From an uncultured Spirochaetota bacterium (GTDB lineage Bacteria; Spirochaetota; UBA4802; UBA5550): DNA of 64,000 nucleotides. The notes beneath the pieces are model-generated. The model ran no database searches. It was not told where the DNA came from and saw only the letters and a list, made by a program, of their open reading frames with translations. Below are positions 52,761-62,773 of the stretch, one piece after another. The position numbers and the translations under genes were made by a program. The stretch covers positions 576,001 to 640,000 of the forward strand of contig CAWHAA010000004.1 in the NCBI GenBank assembly GCA_963827275.1, read 5' to 3'. The first letter of the stretch is position 1. Every line of letters starts with the position of its first letter.

Positions 52761-53489
52761 ATGTTAAAGAAAAAAACCGCCAATATTGTTCTTGATACCG
52801 CCAGGCATTCATGGAAAAAGCGTCCGTCCGAAATTCGGGGATATCAGAGGACCTATTATATCACCTCTGATGACGACGATTATATCCGCGTCGACTATAA
52901 CCTGAAGGAAAAGCGCGTACGCCTTTACATCGAGATCGAGGCCGAGGGGGGGAATTCGTATTACGCGGTCATCACCAACGGGAAGATCACCGCTGAGCGA
53001 AGCGTCTCCACGGGAAGAAATTACGGGTTTGCCGATAAATTTCATGACCGGGCCGACGTCTTTTCAACGTTGCCGAACAGGGAGGTCCTGAAGCTCATCA
53101 ACCAGAGTTACGGGATCCGCCAGTTCAAGACAACGGTAAAGGAAAAGCAGAATACCGAAAAAGACAAGCTCCTCAAGGAGACGAAAGAGCGGTATTTCAA
53201 GCGCGATTTTTACCAGGATGAGGGCGCCGCGGCGGGGGCGGGGGCAAAGGGCTTCGGGAGGCTGAAGCTTTATGACCTTGTCGATGTCATGATCGGCCTC
53301 CTCATCGCCGGCGCGATTTACATTTATTTCCAGTACAGCTACCTCGCCATGGGCGCCGCCGCCGCTTTTTTCGGGGTCATAATCGGCTTCGTTGATATGT
53401 TTTTCCGCGGGCGCTCACCCATGTTTTTCAAAGTCATTTTTTTCCTCGTCGCCGGCGCCGCTTCTTACATTTATGGTTATTTTCTATAG
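52761..53489 (+). CDS. Hypothetical protein with C-terminal TM helices
   Basis: 242-aa ORF with a soluble N-terminal domain and a hydrophobic C-terminus. Confidence 0.75.
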   Translation: MLKKKTANIVLDTARHSWKKRPSEIRGYQRTYYITSDDDDYIRVDYNLKEKRVRLYIEIEAEGGNSYYAVITNGKITAERSVSTGRNYGFADKFHDRADVFSTLPNREVLKLINQSYGIRQFKTTVKEKQNTEKDKLLKETKERYFKRDFYQDEGAAAGAGAKGFGRLKLYDLVDVMIGLLIAGAIYIYFQYSYLAMGAAAAFFGVIIGFVDMFFRGRSPMFFKVIFFLVAGAASYIYGYFL

Positions 53490-53641
53490 CGTCGTCCCCG
53501 GTATGACAACAGCTCTGCCGGCCTATTATTTTCCTCGTTATTATATATTTTATACTTGAAAAGTATATTTGATTAATTAGTATAGTTCATGGAGACCTGA
53601 CAGCACGGGCCGACTCTACAATATAACGGGTAGTATCCGAT

Positions 53642-54103
53642 ATGGAAAAAAAAGAGAATTACTTTTCCTCGTTGCAGATCGTCTGTTTTAAAATTGGAAA
53701 CGAGGAGTACGGCATCGATATTCTTCAGGTCCAGGAGATTTTGAAGCTCCCCAAGGTCACCAAGCTGCCGAAGTCCAAGCCGTATATAATGGGGGTCATC
53801 GACCTCCGGAGCAAAGTGCTCCCGATCGTTGACCTGAGCAAGCGGTTCGGCATCGAATCGAACAAGCTGACGGAAAACAGCCGCGCCATCGTCGTCAATA
53901 TCGACGGCAAGAAAGTCGGCCTTGGCATTGATTCGGTCAGCCATGTCATAAAGGTCAATTCGACCGATATTGAGCCGCCGCCCCCCGTGGTGCGCGGGAT
54001 ATCGGGGAAGTACATCGTCGGCATCGCCAAGATGGCAGACGGTTTCGTGGTCATTCTCGACATCAACCAGATGTTTACCGTGGAGGAGCTGTACGCGGTG
54101 TAG
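53642..54103 (+). CDS. cheW: Chemotaxis adaptor CheW
   Basis: FKIGNEEYGIDI..VQEI, GVIDLR..VLPIVDL. Confidence 0.95.
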   Translation: MEKKENYFSSLQIVCFKIGNEEYGIDILQVQEILKLPKVTKLPKSKPYIMGVIDLRSKVLPIVDLSKRFGIESNKLTENSRAIVVNIDGKKVGLGIDSVSHVIKVNSTDIEPPPPVVRGISGKYIVGIAKMADGFVVILDINQMFTVEELYAV

Positions 54104-54105
54104 GC

Positions 54106-55269
54106 TCAGTACGCGGCGATCAGGATCGTCTCAATCTCGTTCGTATTGACTTCGCGGGGCGTGTTGTCCAGGAACGGGTAGGAAACCGCCAGGTCCGCAA
54201 CTTCCCTGAAAATCGATTTTGATATGTCATAGCTCGACAGCCGCTGCGGAATGTCGATGTCCGATTCGAGCTTCCGTATCGCCTCGACGGCCTTGATCGC
54301 TGCCTCGATGACCGTCACTTCGCGCACCTCTTCGCCCATGACCTTCGACATCTGCACGTACTTGCCCGGCGAGGAGGTCAGGTTGAACTCCATGATGTGC
54401 GGCAGGATGATGCTCATGGCGCTTTCGATGTCAAGGTCGGTCTTCGACACCAGGGCCAGTGATATCGATAGGGTGATCGACAGGTATGAGACGGCGAAGG
54501 CGATCCCCGCCATGACCGACGCGGTGGAGAGGGGGGTCCGGGGAACGCTGTTCTGCGGCTCCCTGAAAGAAACCGGGGCGTTCCTGAATATCATGTCGAT
54601 CGATTTCAGCGCGTAGGTGTTGATGATCTCGTTGTTCTTTTTCGATATGACCGATTCGGTCGCGATGGCCAGGGTGGCGATGGCGCTTTTTAGTATCTTC
54701 TCCTCCGGGCAGAGGAGCGTTATGAGCGGGTCAACGATCGTCGCCTCGGGATAGAGGTCGGGATGGTGGTAGATTTTCCTCGTCAGGTCGTGGATCTCCT
54801 GGAGATACAGCAGGGGCGCGATTTCGAAGCCGAACATCGGGCTCCCGGGGACGGTGATGAAGTTCATGGGACGCGCGGTGATGTTCGGGCTGGCGAAGAG
54901 GTCATGGCAGAAGAAATAATTCGTCGCCAGGATGGAGAGCGCCTTGGCGGAGTTGATCGAATCGATCCCGCCGAAGCCTATGATCAGGTCGCAGTTGGTT
55001 TTCTTGATGTATGCGGCGGCGGTGTCTATCTCCTCGGTGTTCGGCGGGGACGGGATCTCGTCATAGACGATGCACCCCATGTCGGCGTCCTTGAGCTGCC
55101 GGGAAATCATCTCGATCGCGGCGCTGTATAATTCCAGGTCGTGCGCGGTGGTGATAAGGATCGCGCGCGATCCGAACCGCGGCAGTATCTTCCCGATGTC
55201 CTTGATGATGTCCTGCCTGATGAAAATCTGGCTGGGAAGGTGGAAATCTGGTCGTATGTCTGTCGTCAC
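54106..55269 (-). CDS. Iron-containing alcohol dehydrogenase-fold protein (degenerate active site)
   Basis: DLIIGFGG.DS..SAK, P.ATIVDP, ILPHIMEFN, IPQRLS, NTPR; the canonical metal ligands are not evident. Confidence 0.8.
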   Translation of the reverse strand: MTTDIRPDFHLPSQIFIRQDIIKDIGKILPRFGSRAILITTAHDLELYSAAIEMISRQLKDADMGCIVYDEIPSPPNTEEIDTAAAYIKKTNCDLIIGFGGIDSINSAKALSILATNYFFCHDLFASPNITARPMNFITVPGSPMFGFEIAPLLYLQEIHDLTRKIYHHPDLYPEATIVDPLITLLCPEEKILKSAIATLAIATESVISKKNNEIINTYALKSIDMIFRNAPVSFREPQNSVPRTPLSTASVMAGIAFAVSYLSITLSISLALVSKTDLDIESAMSIILPHIMEFNLTSSPGKYVQMSKVMGEEVREVTVIEAAIKAVEAIRKLESDIDIPQRLSSYDISKSIFREVADLAVSYPFLDNTPREVNTNEIETILIAAY

Positions 55270-55409
55270 CTGCTCTCCCGCCCCATGTCTGCCGGCCGTC
55301 GTCCCGCCGCTTCCGGCCGGGTCAGGCCGTGTAATCTATTCGCATAAAAAAAGCGGACATATGGTGTTTATCTCCGCTTTTTACCGGTCCGCTGATGAAA
55401 AATCCCGGG

Positions 55410-55703
55410 TTACTTTCGTACAAGAATTCCGGCTATCCTGTCGGCAACCTTCTCAAGTATTTCCGGGCTGTTGAAGTCATACGTCCCGTTGTCGATCAGC
55501 TCCTTGATCTGCCTCACGCGGTCTATGCGTATGTCCGGCGCGGCCTTGACCGTCTGCGCCAGCTTCGCAACCTCGGCGGCATTTTTCGCCTCGGAGGAAA
55601 TCTGTACGGAGTCCTTCTTCCTGGTCTCTTTCGATGAAGAAACCGGACTGGATTTCTTGGGCTCGATGATGTTGTTGATGTTGCCTATTTTATCGATAAC
55701 CAT
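55410..55703 (-). CDS. flgM: Anti-sigma28 factor FlgM
   Basis: KDSVQISSEA, PDIRIDRVRQIKELI..G.Y. Confidence 0.9.
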   Translation of the reverse strand: MVIDKIGNINNIIEPKKSSPVSSSKETRKKDSVQISSEAKNAAEVAKLAQTVKAAPDIRIDRVRQIKELIDNGTYDFNSPEILEKVADRIAGILVRK

Positions 55704-55732
55704 TTTGTTAACCCTTTTTAAATCTACTATAT

Positions 55733-55759
55733 CTATCGGCAATTTTTGTCAAATCTTTA
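55733..55759 (-). promoter_or_regulatory. Sigma28 promoter of flgM
   Basis: Minus strand TAAA-N15-GCCGATAG, close to the FliA consensus TAAA-N15-GCCGATAA. Confidence 0.85.
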
Positions 55760-55852
55760 ATAAAAATGCATATTATATAAAAGAAAAATGACTTTTTTCG
55801 GTGAATATGTCATGTCAGGCGCCATGTCTGGTCCATTATGTCCATTAAAGTA

Positions 55853-56566
55853 TCAATCATCGGGGCCGCTTTCAACTTTAATCGCATCCTGGTCGTTAAA
55901 AATCGCGATGGCGAATTCCCCCTTTTCCTTTACAGTATCGGGCTTTGCCGTCAGGTTCTCGATGGTGTCGTAGATGAATTCTTCATGGAACTTGGTCATT
56001 TCCCTGCCGATCAGCACCGTGCAGCCGGGAAATGTTTCATGGACGGCATTGAGCAGCTTCCTGACCCGGTAGGGGGATTCATAGAGTATGATGACGCCGT
56101 TGAACCCCTTCAATGAAAGGAGCTCCTTTCTGCGCCTGCCCTCCTTCTTGCTCAGGAATCCGGCGAAGGCCGCTTGTTTGCCGTGGTAGCCCGAAACCGA
56201 GATGAGCGCGGCCAGGGCGGAAGGCCCCGGCAGGGGGGTGACCGGGATGCCCCGGTCCCGCGCCGCGGCCACCAGCCTGCTTCCCGGGTCGCTCAGGCCC
56301 GGGGTGCCCGAGTCGGTAAGGTAGGCCACCGATTCCCCTTCAAGGAGATGACCGATTGCGCTTTCGATTTTATGGGACGGGGAATGGGTATGGAGCGACT
56401 GTGTCGGCGCGGTTATCCCGTAGTGATTGAGGAGCTTCCTGGTCTGACGGGTGTCTTCGCAGTAGACGATATCGACCGCTTCCTTTAGAATTCTGACCGC
56501 GCGGAAGGTGATATCCTCCAGGTTGCCGATCGGTGTCGCTATAATATAAAGGGTGCCAGAATCCAT
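55853..56566 (-). CDS. rsmI: 16S rRNA C1402 2'-O-methyltransferase
   Basis: LYIIATPIGNLEDIT.RA, CEDTR, DSGTPGLSDPG, YESP.R, REMTK.HEE. Confidence 0.95.
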   Translation of the reverse strand: MDSGTLYIIATPIGNLEDITFRAVRILKEAVDIVYCEDTRQTRKLLNHYGITAPTQSLHTHSPSHKIESAIGHLLEGESVAYLTDSGTPGLSDPGSRLVAAARDRGIPVTPLPGPSALAALISVSGYHGKQAAFAGFLSKKEGRRRKELLSLKGFNGVIILYESPYRVRKLLNAVHETFPGCTVLIGREMTKFHEEFIYDTIENLTAKPDTVKEKGEFAIAIFNDQDAIKVESGPDD

Positions 56567-56758
56567 ATGGGAATGATGGTAAGTTTGCCGGTTTTGTAAA
56601 TGAATTTATGGGCCGGGCCGGATTTTTCTTTACATATATAAATTTATAGCTTGATAAATTTGTGTTTATTACAAATAATACGTTAAAGCATGGTAACGGT
56701 CCTGTTTCATCACTATGCGGAAGCAATAATTCATAACTATCCAAGGAGCGTGCAGGCT

Positions 56759-57688
56759 ATGAATCTCGATGGGATTAAAAAGTATTTTACCCGGGAAAAA
56801 ATGGTACGCGATGCGATCGCTTGCTTTGTATGCCTCCTTGCGGGAATTGCCGTGCTGGTGGCCTTCTTCCTCCTGGCGCTTATACCCGAAAAGGGGAGCG
56901 CGGTGTATCACCTCCTCGACAACCTGGGGGTATTCTTTCTTTTCGCGGGCGTCATTCTCGGGTATTGTGCAATACATCGCGGTAACGCCGTTGCCGGCGG
57001 GCATACCGTCCGCTCGCTCCTTGTGGCCACCTTTCGCCAGGCGCATATCGTGGTCGGGATCCTGCTGGCGTCGATCATCATCCTCTTCGTGGCCGCGTTC
57101 GCCGAGCTGGTGCCCTCGTTGTTCGGCTTTATCCCCTACGCCGGGCCGGTGATCGTGGGGCTCCTCTCGGTCCCCCTGTTCCTGGTAAACGTGCTCCTCA
57201 TCGCGGCGGTGGTGCTGATATGGATCGCGGTGCCCCCCATGGTGACGGAAGGAGTGCCCCTGAAGCGCCTCCCCTTCGATTTTCTCGCGCTGGCCAGGAA
57301 GAGGTGGCTGGTGATCTTCGGTTACACGATACTTTCGGTCCTGGTCTTCGCAGCTGTCATGGCGGCGTTCCTGATGATCGTCAGGTATGCGGCGGGCATT
57401 ACCCGCTCGGTGCAGTGGAACATAAGCCCGGCGTATCCCTCGGTATTCAAGGCCATCATGCGGCCGTCGTATATAACCGACATCATAGGCAAGGTCGCGC
57501 CCCAGACCGACCCGATCGCGGCGCTCCAGCAGTACGGCAGCAGCATCTTCAATTACGTGCAGATGCTCGGCAATCTGTTAAAGGCGTTGTACGGCGTCAC
57601 GCTTGCCGCGCTGGCTTCTTTCTTTCTTGCCATTTTTTTTAATGCGCTTTCATTTTTTTATACGCTGACGAAAAAGGACGTCCTCTGA
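56759..57688 (+). CDS. Hypothetical multi-pass membrane protein
   Basis: Many hydrophobic helices; AAGGAG upstream of ATG 56759. Confidence 0.75.
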   Translation: MNLDGIKKYFTREKMVRDAIACFVCLLAGIAVLVAFFLLALIPEKGSAVYHLLDNLGVFFLFAGVILGYCAIHRGNAVAGGHTVRSLLVATFRQAHIVVGILLASIIILFVAAFAELVPSLFGFIPYAGPVIVGLLSVPLFLVNVLLIAAVVLIWIAVPPMVTEGVPLKRLPFDFLALARKRWLVIFGYTILSVLVFAAVMAAFLMIVRYAAGITRSVQWNISPAYPSVFKAIMRPSYITDIIGKVAPQTDPIAALQQYGSSIFNYVQMLGNLLKALYGVTLAALASFFLAIFFNALSFFYTLTKKDVL

Positions 57689-57783
57689 TTTATGTGGACG
57701 TTGTACGTGATCTTAGAATTGTAAGGAAAATCGGTTCGTACAGGAAAAGGTCAACTTCTGATTCCAATGTGGCAGGTGCTTTC

Positions 57784-59952
57784 ATGAAATCCTCTATCCT
57801 GTTGCTGGCTGCAACCATCCTCATGCTTCCAATTTCGCTGTTCGCGCTTGATGTTGTACGTGTTGATGAATCGTTTTCACGCCAGGTGATCGGTACCAAC
57901 ATCGAATATCTTGAAGACAAGGATAAAACACTGACCATAGACCAGGCCCCGGCCGCGGACGGCTGGACGAGGTCAGAGGGGGAGTCCCTGAATTTCGGAT
58001 TCACCCCCTCCGTCTACTGGTTTCGTTTCGCCATCGATAATAACGGCAGCGGCCCGATGAACCACTTCCTTGACATTTCATACCCCCTCATGAATTATCT
58101 CGATTTATATATTCCTGACGGCGATGGGTATCGAGTCGTGAAGACCGGCAACAGGTATCCCTTCTATGACCGGGAGATCGAGGACAAGAATTTTGTCTTC
58201 AATCTCAAGCAAGGGCCGGGGCTCTATACCTACTACCTGCGGATTGAAACGAAGAGCTCCATTAATTTTATCCCAACGCTGTTGTCCCAGAAGGCCTATC
58301 TTCACCTCATGCAGAACAAGACGCCGGTCTTCTGGATCTACTACGGCCTCATGCTGATCATGCTTATCTATAATTTTTTCATATTCGTGGCAAGCCGCGA
58401 TAAGAGCTATATCCTCTATGTCCTCTTCATCGCGTCGTATATCCTTTTCCAGATGACCCTGAACGGGTATTCGTTCCAGTACCTGTGGCCCAACGCGATC
58501 TGGTGGGCCGGCAACTCCCTGCCGTTTTTCATGCTTACGTCGGTTGCGACTGCCGCCATCTTCATGCGCGTCATGATGGACCTGCGGCGGAAATTCAAGG
58601 CGATCGACAGGGTGCTTGTCTTTGCCGTGATCATACCGGCTTTGATATGGGCCGTGTGCAGTCTCCTGGTGCCGTATGCCCTTGCCATCCGCGTCGCGAC
58701 GGCGCTTGTCGGCATACTGTCGCTGCTGATTTTCATCCTAATATGTTATACCGCAATAAGGAAATCCCGCGAGGCAATGTTCATCGCCTTCGGATTCGGG
58801 GGCCTGATTGTCGGGATAGTGCTGTATGTGCTGAAGGCCTTCGGCGTGGTGCCCAACATGTTCCTTACCGAATGGGGCGTGCAGATCGGCTCGTCGCTGA
58901 TCATAGTCGTGCTTTCACTGGCCCTGGCGGACAAGATCAACGTCATGCGGAAAGACCTCGCCGGCCTTTACGATGAGCAGAAGGACCTCAGGAGGGTGGC
59001 CCAGGAACGCGCCGAGCACCTTGAGGGGATCGTGGGGACCGCCACGGGTATATCCGACGAGTTCCTGAATGTGACCGAGCAGATGCAGGACATCACCAGG
59101 CGCTTTTCCAGCATGTCCATGGAGCAGGCGGCCACCAGCGAGGAGATGTCCTCGACCTTTGAAGAGCTGTCAGGCTCCATAGAGAACATCTACCAGGCCA
59201 CCATCAACCAGAAGGACGAGGGAGAAAAATCGAAGCTCCTGGCGGTTGATCTGAACCAGGCGCAGAAGAACCTGATTCAGGAGAGCATGAAGGTCGAGGA
59301 GAGCATCAAGGAGATCCAGCGTCAGGCGACCGTCACCGGGGACAGCCTGAAAAGCATGACCGAGACCATGAGCCTCATCAACGCCGGAGGCAAGGAAATC
59401 AACCAGTTCATTGCGATGATCGACGACATCTCCGACCGGATCAACCTCCTCTCCCTGAACGCGGCGATCGAGGCCGCGCGCGCGGGCGATTACGGCAGGG
59501 GGTTCGCGGTCGTTGCGGACGAAATCGGCAAGCTCGCGCAGGCGACCTCGGACAATTCCAAGGAGATCGGCAAGCAGATCACCAGGATCATATCAGACAT
59601 GGACACCGGCGCCCGCATCGTGGTGGGCACCAAGGAATCAACGGACGTGATCTTCCAGATGGTCGGCACCATCAGCCAGGGGATCGACAGCGTGAAGATA
59701 TTGATGACCAAGCAGAACAAGGCCCTTGAGATGGTCATACACCAGGCGGACGTTGTCGAGAGGATGTCGAAAGAGATCGTTGTTTCGACCAACGAGCAGA
59801 AGAACTCCATGGAACAGACCCTGAAAACGATAGAGCGGATGTCCGAAATGGCGCAGGAGATATCCATGTCGAACACGAGGGTCATCGATTTCATGAAGAT
59901 CATCCATGACAAGGCCCAGGAGCTGAACAAGGTCATCAAGAGGACCTCGTAG
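57784..59952 (+). CDS. Methyl-accepting chemotaxis protein with 7TM-DISM sensor
   Basis: [13 protein letters not shown] extracellular domain; [16 protein letters not shown] 7TM region; [31 protein letters not shown]. Confidence 0.92.
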   Translation: MKSSILLLAATILMLPISLFALDVVRVDESFSRQVIGTNIEYLEDKDKTLTIDQAPAADGWTRSEGESLNFGFTPSVYWFRFAIDNNGSGPMNHFLDISYPLMNYLDLYIPDGDGYRVVKTGNRYPFYDREIEDKNFVFNLKQGPGLYTYYLRIETKSSINFIPTLLSQKAYLHLMQNKTPVFWIYYGLMLIMLIYNFFIFVASRDKSYILYVLFIASYILFQMTLNGYSFQYLWPNAIWWAGNSLPFFMLTSVATAAIFMRVMMDLRRKFKAIDRVLVFAVIIPALIWAVCSLLVPYALAIRVATALVGILSLLIFILICYTAIRKSREAMFIAFGFGGLIVGIVLYVLKAFGVVPNMFLTEWGVQIGSSLIIVVLSLALADKINVMRKDLAGLYDEQKDLRRVAQERAEHLEGIVGTATGISDEFLNVTEQMQDITRRFSSMSMEQAATSEEMSSTFEELSGSIENIYQATINQKDEGEKSKLLAVDLNQAQKNLIQESMKVEESIKEIQRQATVTGDSLKSMTETMSLINAGGKEINQFIAMIDDISDRINLLSLNAAIEAARAGDYGRGFAVVADEIGKLAQATSDNSKEIGKQITRIISDMDTGARIVVGTKESTDVIFQMVGTISQGIDSVKILMTKQNKALEMVIHQADVVERMSKEIVVSTNEQKNSMEQTLKTIERMSEMAQEISMSNTRVIDFMKIIHDKAQELNKVIKRTS

Positions 59953-59961
59953 GCGGGGGGG

Positions 59962-61692
59962 TCAGGCCCCCTGTACCTTCACCACGATGATCCCCTTGTC
60001 GGGGGCCGTGGGGCATTTCTGCTCGCATATGGCGCACCCGATGCAGAGGTCGGTGACCACCGAGGGCAGCCGCACGATACGTCCCTTCACCCGCGCCTTC
60101 CGCACCCTGATCGCCTTCCCCTTTACGGGACAGTGCTCCTCGCACACGATGCAGTCTTCACCTTTCGCGTAGGGCAGGCATATCGTTTTGTTGAACACCG
60201 CGATGCCGATTTTTTCCTTCTGCTTGTCCCCGAGGGAAAGCTTCGCAATGGCGTCGGTAGGGCATACCTGTCCGCAGAGGTTGCACCCGTGCTCGCAGTA
60301 ACCGCGCCGCGTATCGAGCGCCGGTGCCCACATCGCGTCGGGCCGTCCGTCGACGGGGGACGGCTGCAGGACATTGGTGGGACACACCTTCATGCAGGCG
60401 CCGCAGCGGATGCATCTCTGTATGAATTCAACTTCGGGGAGCGCTCCGGGGGGCCGGATGCGCGAGGCGTTCCCGGGGCGGGGAGGGGGGCCGGCAGGGA
60501 GGCTGGCGGCGAGCATGGGCAGCGGCGCTATCGCTCCCAGCGTGGTGAGGATGAATTGTTCTCGCGTCATCCCGGGACGGGAGAGTGCTCTGACCCCGGA
60601 AATAGGGTGCTCTGACCCCTTCTGGTATCGATAGTTATCGGTAAAAGTCTGCCCTGACCCCTGCTGGTACCGATAGTTATCGGTAAGATGCCTTTTCTGG
60701 CTCTCTGGAAGTTGCTCTGACCCCGCTTCAGACCCAGATTCAGACCGATAGTTATCGGTAGCAGTTTGCTCTGACCCCCGATCGAAGGGCCAACGGAACG
60801 AAAACGTCGTCTTACCCCTCGGGCAATCCGCCATGCAATCCATGCAGAGAACGCATTCTTCCGCGAGGTAGGAATTGTCCTCCCTGATGGCATTCATGCG
60901 GCAGGTATGCATGCACGACCCGCACAGGACGGTGCACTCGTCAACGTTGCGCCGGAAGGGCGAAAACCGGGCGGGCAGAGCGAGCATTGCCCCCAGAGGA
61001 CAGAGGTATCTGCACCAGAAACGCCGCTTGACCAGGGCAAGCGCCAGTATTGCGGCGAGCATGCCGAGGATGACGCCGGTATGGGGGAAATAGGGGGTCG
61101 AGAGGCTCAGAAAGCCCTCCCTGAGAGTGTTGTATATCGATTCCAGCCACTCAGGGTACCCGCTAATTTCCAGCACCTGCACGAACCCGCTGTGTATGGC
61201 CCCGTCGATAAAGGGGTGCGCGTTGAACGAAAATGCGCGGACGAATATGGTGATGGGATCAAGCGTCCAGGCAAGCTGAACGCCGAACAGGGCGAAAACA
61301 AGGACTGCGCCAAGGACCGCGTATTTAACGGCACGCAGCGGATGCGGCTCGCGTTCCCTCTCTCTTTTCCGGAAGATTTTTTTTAATTTCATTATGATGG
61401 ATGAGAAGAGGTCAAGCAGGGCCCCGAGCGGGCAGAACCAGCCGCAGAACAGCCTTCCCGCGACAAGGGTGAAAAGCAGGAGCGCTGACGCGTACAGGAG
61501 GCCCGGGAGGAGGACACGTTCCGCGATGGAGGTCGTGAACATGGCGAATGGATCTATCAGGAAATAGAATTTCGGGTTGATATACCCCGCGAGGGGATAG
61601 CGCGTGTTCCAGAGGATATACACGAGCAGGAACGCCGACAGCGACTGTGCGCAGCGGCGCGCGATAACCCATCCTTGTGCCCTGCCTGCCAT
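59962..61692 (-). CDS. Membrane polyferredoxin (NapH/MauN-like fused to NapG/MauM-like 4Fe-4S domain)
   Basis: GRLFCGWFCPLG, RFWCRYLCPLG, several CxxCxxCxxxCP motifs, RPPGALPE. Confidence 0.9.
   Translation of the reverse strand: MAGRAQGWVIARRCAQSLSAFLLVYILWNTRYPLAGYINPKFYFLIDPFAMFTTSIAERVLLPGLLYASALLLFTLVAGRLFCGWFCPLGALLDLFSSIIMKLKKIFRKREREREPHPLRAVKYAVLGAVLVFALFGVQLAWTLDPITIFVRAFSFNAHPFIDGAIHSGFVQVLEISGYPEWLESIYNTLREGFLSLSTPYFPHTGVILGMLAAILALALVKRRFWCRYLCPLGAMLALPARFSPFRRNVDECTVLCGSCMHTCRMNAIREDNSYLAEECVLCMDCMADCPRGKTTFSFRWPFDRGSEQTATDNYRSESGSEAGSEQLPESQKRHLTDNYRYQQGSGQTFTDNYRYQKGSEHPISGVRALSRPGMTREQFILTTLGAIAPLPMLAASLPAGPPPRPGNASRIRPPGALPEVEFIQRCIRCGACMKVCPTNVLQPSPVDGRPDAMWAPALDTRRGYCEHGCNLCGQVCPTDAIAKLSLGDKQKEKIGIAVFNKTICLPYAKGEDCIVCEEHCPVKGKAIRVRKARVKGRIVRLPSVVTDLCIGCAICEQKCPTAPDKGIIVVKVQGA
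60586..60779. repeat. Dispersed A/B repeat cluster 5, in frame inside the 4Fe-4S gene
   Basis: ctctgacccc-like at 60588, 60610, 60652, 60715 and 60769; a(c/t)cgatagttatcggt at 60627, 60669 and 60744. Confidence 0.9.
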
Positions 61693-62684
61693 CAGATCCG
61701 TATTGTCGTGATTTTTGCCCGCCCAATTGCGGCGGAGCCCGCCTTCAACCCTTCCGCTTCCATGATGTGGCCGATATCTTCCGCCCGGAGGTCGAAGAGC
61801 GTCGCGGCGTAGGAATCGGCCAGGACCTGGTCCGCGCCGGCGATCACTGTCTTCATGGTCCTGACGTCTCCGAGGTTGCCGCTGGAAGGGCCGTTCCTCG
61901 TAAGGATGCGGTTCGCGTCGATCACCGTGAGGTCCGGGTTGATGAATTTCGCGAGCTCGGCCAGCTTCCGGTCAATGTTCCAGTGCATCATGCCGCGGCT
62001 GCCGCCGCAGACCCCCATCAGGTTTTTCATCGAGAGGGTGACCCGTGAGAGCCCGTGGTGCTTGGCCACCGGCACGTTGATGAAGCAGTCGCATTCGACG
62101 GCATCGCGGTAAATCGGCCACGCTTCCATCTTGCTGCCCTCGGGAAAACGCCCCGGGATAAATTTGGCGTCAATGACATGGTAGATGCTCCCGCCGGCGC
62201 CGCGGACCGCGTCCGCGATGCCGCTGGCCGCGTAGCACATGGCGGCGTCGTTGCAGGTCCTGTCGAAGACCTTCACGCGCCGCGCGCCGGCGGCGCGGCA
62301 GAGCTTCACCAGCGCCGCGACCACCTCGGGATTGGTGGTGGCCGCGTATTCGGGCGTCCGGTTCCATCCGATGTTCGGCTTGATCACCACCGTGTCGCCT
62401 TTCCGGACAAAACGGTCGATCCCGCCGAGGGCCTCGATCGCCTTGCGGGTCATCTGCGCCGGGGCCCCGCCCTTGACCACCGCAAGGTCGCAGGCAGTTG
62501 TGGCCTTCCTTTTTACGCGGGGACCGAGCGTCCCCTTCTGCGACGGCCCCGCAAATGAATCGAGGCCTTTCAGGAAGGGGGCGGTGGCCGCAAAGGCGGC
62601 GATCATCCGTATGAAGTCCTTTCGTGATGTTCGGGATGGGTTGTTCTGTGAGGTCCGGGAGAAGAAGGCGAATCTGTTTTTCAT
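61692..62684 (-). CDS. DUF362 domain protein with Tat-like leader
   Basis: SRKDFI leader, VIKPNIGW, TTNPEVV, INVPVAKHH, TLSMKNLMG. Confidence 0.88.
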   Translation of the reverse strand: MKNRFAFFSRTSQNNPSRTSRKDFIRMIAAFAATAPFLKGLDSFAGPSQKGTLGPRVKRKATTACDLAVVKGGAPAQMTRKAIEALGGIDRFVRKGDTVVIKPNIGWNRTPEYAATTNPEVVAALVKLCRAAGARRVKVFDRTCNDAAMCYAASGIADAVRGAGGSIYHVIDAKFIPGRFPEGSKMEAWPIYRDAVECDCFINVPVAKHHGLSRVTLSMKNLMGVCGGSRGMMHWNIDRKLAELAKFINPDLTVIDANRILTRNGPSSGNLGDVRTMKTVIAGADQVLADSYAATLFDLRAEDIGHIMEAEGLKAGSAAIGRAKITTIRI

Positions 62685-62773
62685 CGCTGTACCCCCTTTG
62701 TGATTGGAAGAGCTTTTGCTAAGGAAGCGCCCCCGCCTCCGCAGGGGGAGGGGGGGTACGATAATGCCGGTTC

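Noticed and set aside
59949..59971. REP-like gtaggcgggggggtcaggccccc between convergent stops
   Set aside because: The resemblance relies on the two stop codons and a G run; too short and imperfect to call.
60586..60779. A/B clusters as degenerate CRISPR arrays
   Set aside because: The modules are only 10-16 bp, linkers are short and irregular, orientation is mixed, and one cluster is coding.
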